Source: Octopus vulgaris
Lineage: Eukaryota
Reading direction: 5' to 3'
Length of the DNA: 64,000 nucleotides
Assembly (NCBI GenBank): GCA_951406725.2
Contig: OX597818.1
Location: 72,974,001-73,038,000 of the forward strand
Positions 54,040 through 64,000 of the stretch are shown piece by piece (positions within the stretch are counted from its first letter, which is position 1; each line of letters begins with the position of its first letter). The translations under genes and the position numbers were made by a program. The notes under the pieces are model-generated. The model saw only the letters and a list, made by a program, of their open reading frames with translations, had not been told where the DNA came from and did no database searches.

Positions 54040-55260
54040 ATCCTAGTTAGGACAAACCCATATAACACTTTAAAGAAACCGAGGGGCGTAATGGAGAGCA
54101 TCCAGCACGTAACTATCTCCATCCAAAGTGTCAAGTTAACTATGGGCTACCCCATTAGACACCCTAACAATAGACTCCCTGTCCTTGATACTGAAATGTG
54201 GTTAGAGACTCTAAAAAGAATGCCTCTTCTCCACTCCTATCACATGAAACCCGTAGCCTCTACGTACGTTATTCACAAGAACTCAGATTCGTCACAATAT
54301 GACTCATTCAGATAGCAGACGTAGGATAATGAATAGCGTTTCCCACCTTGCGAACCCTCTGGAACAAGGAAACCTACAGAGCTACATGCACCGCATGAAG
54401 TGCTCTGGAACTGACCAGAAAGATAGGATATGTGTATACTGAGGCACTAGGAGGCAATTATATAACACGATATGTAACGAAGCCAGTGTTACCCGCCTTA
54501 GATACAGAAGTAAAGACTGGAGTAGTATACAGAGGGTTTGTGATAAATTAAAAAAAGTGAATACATAGTACAAGGCTGAAAAATATCGAGGAGTGATGTT
54601 TGTAAAGGTCACATCCCATGGGGAATTAACCCGTAGATCTAAGACGGCTCTGAAGACCAAACTCAACATTAAGACCGTTGACAAGCCAAGGAGCTCCATA
54701 AGATTGCAGTTATGTAGGACCTACCCCTTCGAAAATACCACATGCACTAACAAGAACTGTGTGGCATGTAAGATTAACCCCTGCATTAACTGTAGGACTA
54801 GAAATGTAGTCTACAACATAAGATGCATAGAAGGTGCTTTAAGGATAAAAACATGGCGTATAGTGCAGAGACATTTAGAAGAATAGCGGAGAGAATAAAC
54901 AGTCACTTGAGGCAATATGATGACAAGAAATAGTCTTCCTTACTCTATGAACCTTCCAAAGACCAGCATGGAGGTACACTGGGCCGATTTGATATCCACA
55001 TTTTATCCAAGCACCCGAAGGACCCATCGCTCAGATAAATACAGAATTATTTACTCATAAATGAAATATCCCCCGTACTAAATAGGGAATACATGTAGAT
55101 GGTAGAGATACCTACAGAATATGCACACATAGGTACAGTTGCTAATAGGCAGCTAAGTAAGAAATTGATGGGTAGGTAAATAGACATGTAGGTAAACAAA
55201 TAGAGACATAGTAGTTAGGTAGATATGTACATATGTAATAAGGAAAGACAAGGACACACA
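54040..55260 (+). mobile_element. Penelope-like element 3' remnant (RT thumb and GIY-YIG region)
   Basis: RLPVLDTEMW...HSYHMKPVAS; CTNKNCVACKINPCINCRTRNVVYNIRC. Confidence 0.75.
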
Positions 55261-55445
55261 TACACACTGACACACATACACGCACACACACACACACACG
55301 CACACACACGCACCAATACATACCTATACATGCACAAACACAAGCTCGCGCACACACATGCCCACAAAATCAGTAATAAACTAGTCGAAATTGAAAGTGT
55401 GTGTTAGATATTAAGGCAGGATGACTCTCACCAGACACAACAATG

Positions 55446-55491
<46 letters not shown>

Positions 55492-55494
55492 GAT

Positions 55495-55563
<69 letters not shown>

Positions 55564-55576
55564 CATACATACATAG

Positions 55577-55643
<67 letters not shown>

Positions 55644-55674
55644 CACACATACATACATGCACATATATACATTG

Positions 55675-55860
55675 TTCAAATTTGCAGAAAGCAGAAGACA
55701 AAGACAAGTGTAACAACAACATGCAGGTGTATTAGTTTAACGATTGGGAAAAATGAAAAAAGACTTTTACATTTTAAACATATGCACTACGCCTGAAAAG
55801 AATAAGATGGAAACCATTGAGACAGAGTGAAAAATAAACGGAGAGAGAAACGATCAACAT
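55675..55860 (-). mobile_element. Degenerate PLE pseudo-LTR related to 41790-41925
   Basis: Minus strand cgttaaactaatacacctg...tttgtcttctg resembles cgttaatctaatacatctg...tttgtcttttg. Confidence 0.5.
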
Positions 55861-55914
55861 AGTTCAACGTTACAATATGGTGAGCTGACTACAAAAAGAT
55901 GTTGAATGAAAGGT

Positions 55915-56223
<309 letters not shown>

Positions 56224-56224
<1 letters not shown>

Positions 56225-56520
56225 GGTAAGCCAGACAGTCTTAATTGAGAAAGTAAACACACTATGCAAGATCAAAGATATAGCATGCCGGCTGAAAAAG
56301 ATAACAGTAGTACCAATAATTGTAGGTGCCCTGGGAACAGTGGGTAAAAATCTCGAGAAGTATGTGGAACAAATAGGGGCTGAAATAAGAGTGGAGAACT
56401 TGCAGTAACCAGTACTGCTTGGAACCACTCGAATACTCCGAAGGTGTTCGAAAAGTAAGAGGTGTTACCTTAGTTCACTGGTAGTGAACAGCTGACAACA
56501 TAGTACATCTCTGGTTTGAG
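56224..56520 (+). mobile_element. R4/Dong-like RLE 3' end
   Basis: KIKDIAC...VVPIIVGALGTVGKNLEKY...LLGTTRILR. Confidence 0.75.
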
Positions 56521-56529
56521 GGACGAAAG

Positions 56530-57097
56530 AGCTTGGATAAAGACGATGTGCGAAGAGCAGAGCTCGGAGTGAAGTCAACGGAAGACTCGGGGAATGGTGC
56601 GTTAGAAGGGTAGTTTGGTGGGGTGGTAGGTAAGGGTAAACGGGAGACGGATAAGAGTAGAGAGGGTGCGAGTAGAAAAAGCAGAGGCATGGTCCGCTGA
56701 TTGTGCCGGTCAAGTGCAGTGAGGATAATGGCCAGTCATGAGTCGTAACAGACTTTCAAAGTTATAGTCGTCACTGCAGAGTCTGCGTAGACAGAGCAAT
56801 TGGGAGTAGGGGATGGAGATGTTGATGTAGGTAGGGTGGGAGAAGAAGAAGTTAAAATAGCAGGGTGAGTCAGTGTGTTTGTAATGAATAGAGGTAGTAA
56901 GAGCAGAGTGGTGTACGCTAAAAGAAATGTCGAGAAATTCGACGGAATAGTTAGAAATAGCGCAGGAGAATTCAAGGGCAGGATGTAAAGATTAGACAAA
57001 GAAGAGGGAGGAGTCCAGATGTTCGTGGGGGATGGAGGTTGTGCCGATACTGTAATCGATATAACGACCATATAGCTCGGCAATGGAACCAGGAGTC
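56530..57097 (-). mobile_element. PLE RT fragment, same family as 40590-41150
   Basis: AELYGRYIDYSIG and IPYSQLLCLRRLCS-like peptides on the minus strand. Confidence 0.7.
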
Positions 57098-57222
57098 ATA
57101 CACACACACACACACGCGCACACACACACACATGCATGCACAAACACACACGCACAAACACACGCACACACACACACATACACACACACACACATACACA
57201 CACACACACATATATATATATA

Positions 57223-57440
57223 CACAAGGGTTGGATAAAACAATGGAAACACCGAGCATCATAGCATCATAATTTTGTAATACTTATAAAACAGTCAAAA
57301 GCTTATTTTTTGGTGGGGGATTTAATATTAGCATTGCTTAATACGTTTTGCTAGACTTGCTGTTTCTTTTCAGATATCATAAGAAAAAGGTAATTAAAAT
57401 TCATTAAAATGACAGATCTATTGGGCTTTCAAAGAGGACA
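57223..57440 (+). mobile_element. Tc1-like 5' end remnant
   Basis: caagggttggataaaacaatggaaacacc terminus; MTDLLGFQRG start at ~57409. Confidence 0.55.
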
Positions 57441-57654
57441 TACATACATGTGGTGATAATAAAAATAATTATGATCCACGGATAGAATTTATAAATATTA
57501 TCATTATACTTATCCTACTTATATCGGCGCAGCTCGATACATCCCCGTAAAACTTCTATTGCATGCTGGTATCATTAGCCTGTAGCCGACATAATAAAAT
57601 AGGAACTTCCAGATACGTATTCAAAAACGTTTCCCGTAAACGAATTTAAAGCAT

Positions 57655-57800
<146 letters not shown>

Positions 57801-58926
57801 GTATATATATATACCACTACTAGTCTTCTGAGTTCAAACATAGCAGACCTGAATTGGCCTTCCTTCATCCGTAACGACGAAAATAACATACCAATCAATT
57901 TCCGATATAATCGACGATGTAATCAATTACACACTACCTACAAAATCCTGGTACTGCATTTTTACTGGAAGCATTTTTGTTCGTCCTAGTTCAAATATTT
58001 TTCACTGACAATAACTCCTTTTTCCGTTACCAGATATCAAGCCGATAAGGCGCCATTCAAGTTCTGAGTGCAATATCATTTGCCATGTTTCTTCCCTCTA
58101 ATATTAAGTATGCACTAATAAAGAAAAATAAAACAAAACCTCTTGATTGAAATGTTCTTGATCATATAGTAAATCACCACTCTAGTAACTTAACTGCAAT
58201 ATCTGTAATTAAACTCTCAAAAGCATTGCATTTACTGCATTTAAACGAAATATTTCTCCGTAATGATTTCTGCCCTGTCGTGACAACTCATCTGGATATG
58301 AATGCTTGTGATTTCAGGAAGAACAAACAGAGCATTAGTGCCTTCTATGCATTTAATAAGACCGATTAATAATCAGGTATGTTCAGTTTAATTGATTTTA
58401 AATAGATAATGGCCTACGTAGTGTAACCTGAAAAAAATACATCAAACCAAATGAGGTGAGCGAGCGTAAACGAGTCAATGGCATGAAACCTCATAATAAA
58501 ACAAACACTAAATAAGTAATCTATTTTATTTAAACATTTCACCTAAGCTTGATCCCCCATTGAAAATTTTGATCAATATTATTCTAGCTATATGATGTTA
58601 TTGAGTACATATCTAATGTAAAGCTACATCGCTTTCATGACATTAATATTACTTTGAACGTTATGTAAAATGACTGAACAGATTTTCGTATCTTATAGAG
58701 TGATAGTAATTTCTGAGAGAGGTTTTAAAGATTAACACCATTAATATAAATATATTAAGAACTTTTGAGATAAATTTAATTAATAACATATGTCTATTAA
58801 CGAAAGAATTTTCCAGATTTTCTCAAGTAATAATAACATGAATAGGCTCAAAGTGTTTCCAGGAGGGATGTGAAAAATATATGATTTAATGCTTTTGAAA
58901 CACGATGATAATATGTATCTATATAA

Positions 58927-58977
<51 letters not shown>

Positions 58978-59299
58978 AATAAATGTGAGAATGTGTATAG
59001 TATAAATATATAGATATATGTGTCTGTTTTTATTAATAACAAGTATCTCTCTGATCACGTTATAGTGCTAGGAATGATAAGATTGTGGTTTCAATTCCTG
59101 GACAATGCGAGGTCTCGGGAAAGCAACTTAATCTCCATTTGTTACAGTCTACTTAACTGCAATGGGTACCGGTCGAATACATGTGTTGCTTTCACCCCCT
59201 CCAACTCACGCATCATTTCAAGTCACCAAACAACACATTTTCCATGTGTGTGTGTGTGTGGGGAAGTGTGATGAGTGAAGTGTGGTCAGTATATTGTTA

Positions 59300-59945
59300 A
59301 ATATACTTAGATCTTCATTCGATCTGTCCGAGAAGATGAAGCAATCATCAAGGAAACGCTTCCCCTTTTTAATGCTATATATTTTGAACTTCCCCTTCCA
59401 AGTATCCCATTACTAAGTTTGAATATGAGGGCACAAACCGCGTCATCATAACCGTGCCTTTTATCTCTCGATATGTTTTGTCGAATCTATAGGTATTTTT
59501 TCTAAAGCGTTCATATATCCCAGTGTTTGATTGCTTCTAGGCATAAAGTGAGAGGTATATTAATAAAGAGATTGATGACATCAAAACTTAAAAGTATAGT
59601 AACTTTTGCGACAGTGGGAGGGATGTGTTGGAATTCATTGATTAGTCTTCTAATTTTATTCATTATTGTTTTTTTTATTCTGAGTGTCTTGGTTCTTTGT
59701 TGTAGTAGGTTTGGTTTGTTAACATTTCCAATATTTTATCTTTATAATAGTCTTTGTCCCTGATTACTATCGCCCCTCCCTTATCGTCTTCTTTTAGGAT
59801 GAGTGAGCAGTCCTTCTTCAGAGTTTGTAAGGTTTCATTTTCTTCTTCCCGAAGGTTTTATTTGCTTCTTTGGGTATTTAAGGGAATTTCGAAGTCGTGT
59901 CTATATACGCGTCTAAATATTTGTCCTTCGCCTTCGAGGGGGTGA
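59300..59945 (-). mobile_element. Heavily deleted PLE copy
   Basis: KEDDKGGAIVI, LSFDVINLFINIP, KRFLDDCFIF on the minus strand. Confidence 0.75.
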
Positions 59946-62165
59946 ACTGGGATTTATTTCTGACTATTTTCTTTAATTTGGGGTCCGTATGAAGCATTGG
60001 TAAATTCTGGGTGAAGGTTTCTTTGTTTCTGGGGTTGTATGTGGATATGTAAGGCAGTATGTTCGGGGAAGGTGTGTTGCTGTGTTGAACTTTTCTTAAT
60101 GTTTCTATGTCGATTTGTGTTGCACGTCTAATTCCATCCTCTATGAGTTGAACTGGGTAGTGTCTGTCAATTAGGGTGTTTTTGAGTTCTTGTAGTCTAA
60201 AGTTTCTGGTATTTTGTTCTGACACTATTGTGCATATCCTTCTTGCAAGTTTGAAAGGGATGTTTTTTTTTAGTGTATCTTGGGTGGCATGAATCAAAAA
60301 GTAGGTATTGTTTGGCGTCTGTGATTTTATAAAATATGTCTATTTCTAATTTTAGGCTAATTTTTTAAATTAGTATATCTAAGAATGGAAGTTCCTTTTG
60401 GTTGTACTCCATTGTGAACTGTATATTTGGGTTGACGCTGTTCAATAGGTTTTTGAATTTTAGGAGTTTATCTGTGTATAAAACAGTCGTCCAGGAATCT
60501 TTTCCAATTCTCTTTTATGAATTGAGAAAGGGGGTTTCCAAAGGTCGATAAAGATTCCTGGTATATTATTACCTCTAGGTAGCCCATTGTTAGGTTCGCA
60601 ATGACTGGTGCTGCCCTTATACCCATAACAATTCCGGGTTTCTTACGGTAAAACTTATTGGCAAACATGAAGTGGTTATTTTGTAGAATGAATTCTTTAC
60701 TGATACTGTTTCTTTCGGCATGAATTCTTTACTGATCATTATTCTTCTGGAAAATTGTCCAGCCAGAACTGAATTGCCTCTAGTCCATAATTATGAGGTA
60801 TACTGGTATATAAATTAATTACATCAAATGAAACCATGATTGTTTCTTCCTTGACTTTTTTTGGAAGGTGATTTAACGTATCCAGGTCATCTCTGATATG
60901 GCTATCAATGTGTTTAAGGAAGGGTTTCGGGAGGATGTCCATAAATAGACTTAGTCTGTATGTTCCACAGGCAAGGTCAGCTACAATGGGTCGTAGTTTT
61001 AGGTCCACCGGGTTAGGTGTATGTATGTATGTCTTTGGGGATTTTTAAATGGTTTCATTTATAATTTGGCTTTTGTGTATTTTTGGTAGACCATAGAAGA
61101 AGCTAGGTTTGCATTTAAAGTTTGTTAGAAAGTCAATCTCTTTGGTTGTCAGTTCCTTTCCGTGGCTTTTAATTAGTGAGGACAGAGTTTTCCTTATTTT
61201 TTGCTAGTTGTAGTTGGTGATTTTTTCATAATGTTGATTGTCATCAAGCAAGGAAATTACTAGATTTCTATAGAATAATGTGTCCATTATTACAACTGCA
61301 CTTCCTTTGTCTGCTTCCTTAATGGTTATATCTTCATCATTTTGAAGTTCTATCAGTTCCTTCCTTTGTGCAGTGCTAAAATTTGAGTTAACTGTCTGTT
61401 TATGTATAGTGCGGTAGGGAAAGTTCTCAATGTGGTTGCAGAACTCGTCAAGGTATTTACTTCTTCCTTTGTGGGGGATGTGTTCACTTTTGCTTTTGAC
61501 TAGTGAGTCATCTTCAATATTGAAACTGGTTGACGCTTCTGTGAGTCTTAATTTTGTGCAGAATTCTGTTATACTATCCTTGACTTCATTTTGGTTGGCT
61601 CTGTGTGGAGTTGGCGTGATTTTTAGCCCTTTTGAGAGGATGTCTATTTTTATGTTAGAAACAGGTTTGGTTGAAAGATTGATTATCTTCGGTTTTTCCT
61701 CATTTCTAGGTTCCAGCCCGTGTCTTGGTATCTCTGGTCTGGGTCTAAGAATTGTTGGGTGCAATTTTGTTTGTATGAGTTGTCTGTGAGATTGATCCGG
61801 GGGAACGGTGGTATTGTTGCCTTACATTGTTATGTGTGGGGGGATATCAATGGGTGTTTTGGTTAGTGATGTGTGTAAAATTTCTGTATGTGATATATTT
61901 TTGTTTCGAATTTCTTGTATGTGGGATGTTTCTTGACTTAGTGTTATTTTGTGTTGGTCTTGTGTTCGGTGGGGACCAGTAATTCTGCGTCATGGGGTAG
62001 TAGTGACTGGTATGTGGTGTGTTTCTTATTCTAGTGTTATTTTGTGCTGTTATGGGGTGGTTATGTCTGGTATTGGTACGTTGTTGGTGTGTTCTCTTCT
62101 TGGTGTAATCTATTTCATAAATGCATTGACTGTCAGCTTCTTCCCTGTTAAGTCTTGCGTGGTTC
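59945..62165 (-). mobile_element. Penelope-like element, disrupted RT ORF, GIY-YIG end missing
   Basis: IINLS...ILSKGLK, IKEADKGSAVVIMD, KLRPIVA, SFDVINLYTSIPH, GIVMG...ANLTMGYLE, WKRFLDDCF, IPFKLARRICTI. Confidence 0.92.
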
Positions 62166-62305
62166 AGAAATAACCAGAGGAAATTTTTGCTGTTACGTTT
62201 ACTTTTCGATAGAGAGGCGGGACAGACAGGCAGGGGGAGTGAAAGAGTGAGCGGGGGAGAAAGTGGTGATAGAAAGTGTGAGTGTGTGTGTGAATGTGTG
62301 ACATG

Positions 62306-62981
<676 letters not shown>

Positions 62982-63497
62982 GCACACATTTGTATACTTA
63001 TCTATACATACATGTAAAGATATGTGAAAACTGTAAATCGGAGACGGGATTTTTATCTGTATATCTTATGAAACAAATTTTGAAATTGAAATAAAATGCT
63101 ACTCAAAATCTGGAGTGTTTTTTTTTTATCTCTGGTACCACTGACTTGCCGGATGCGCACATCCTGAAACAACGTGCGGTCGTCATGGTAACAAGCTGTT
63201 AATGACTTGCTGTCTGTTGATGGGCTAGAATTACCCAAATTTTCAGACTTTAATTCCAAATAACAATCAGATTCTTAATTTACGAAATAACGTAATTACC
63301 TGAGAATAATCAAAATTTAGAACTGCATCAATACACCAAAATTGAAAACAATCTGAGCAAAACTAAAGGGTTGTGATTTTGTGAGTGAAACATAGATGAT
63401 CCGAATTGCCTATAGCAGTCCATTTTTATCAATTTTTTTCTTCGTGTTTTGTATACATGTTATCTTGTACTTCTTTTGTTCTTATAAGCTGCATTCA

Positions 63498-63950
63498 TCA
63501 TGAAACGGCGACAACATCGGGAAGCTGCTCGCGCGAGTATGAGGCTGTAGAGGCAGAGGATAATGGAAGAGATAATATGAGGGAAAGGAACAGCGTGCAC
63601 AGTACCACGAGTAGCAGAGACACTTATCTCAGCAAAGGGAGAAAATATGAATGAGGAACAGTGTGCACAGTACCACGAGCAGCAGAGAAACTTACTTCAA
63701 CAAAGAGCAGAGAAAAAAATCAACATGATAGGGTTATTAATCAGCAAAGCCAAAGGGTAAGATATCGAGAAAGAGTTCAAAATATGAATGCTGCCGAAAT
63801 TTAAGGAGACATCAGATGCAGCGGCAGCGTGTGAGAAGACATAGGCCAGAGCTAAACAGAGCTATTGTTAATGAATTTGAACAATTTAACATAGGAGAAA
63901 TGAACATTTTATGTGAATACTGTGGTGCACCTAAGTTTAGAAATGAAACT
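63498..63950 (+). mobile_element. Degenerate Helitron RepHel N-terminal coding remnant
   Basis: Charged repeats followed by FNIGEMNILCEYCGAPKFRNET, resembling the Helitron zinc-finger motif. Confidence 0.65.
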
Positions 63951-64000
63951 AACAGAATTAAAGTGAAAGAATAAATGTGAAACTATTACATCACATTACA

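Overview
AT-rich, microsatellite-saturated eukaryotic DNA with no recognisable host protein-coding exon, probably intergenic or inside a large intron. The tRNA-derived SINE families resemble those of octopus, so a cephalopod source is inferred, not proven. Nearly every ORF in the supplied track is a microsatellite read-through or a transposon remnant. Identified elements: a near-full-length RTE LINE (50.9-54.0 kb), several R4/Dong-like RLE retroelement fragments next to trinucleotide repeats, several Penelope-like element (PLE) remnants, a Tx1/L1-like 3' end, a full-length but disabled mariner (17.9-19.2 kb), other Tc1/mariner remnants, Helitrons, a MITE with telomere-type repeats, and many SINEs. 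The most interesting signal is a set of minimal hammerhead ribozyme (HHR) motifs in short repeats. One has an intact core (314-351, minus strand). One has a compensatory G3:C8 core swap inside a ~250-bp palindrome (10687-10737, minus strand). One sits in a 202-nt tandem unit whose upstream copy starts exactly at the predicted cleavage site, like a retrozyme. All calls were made by eye; no searches were run.
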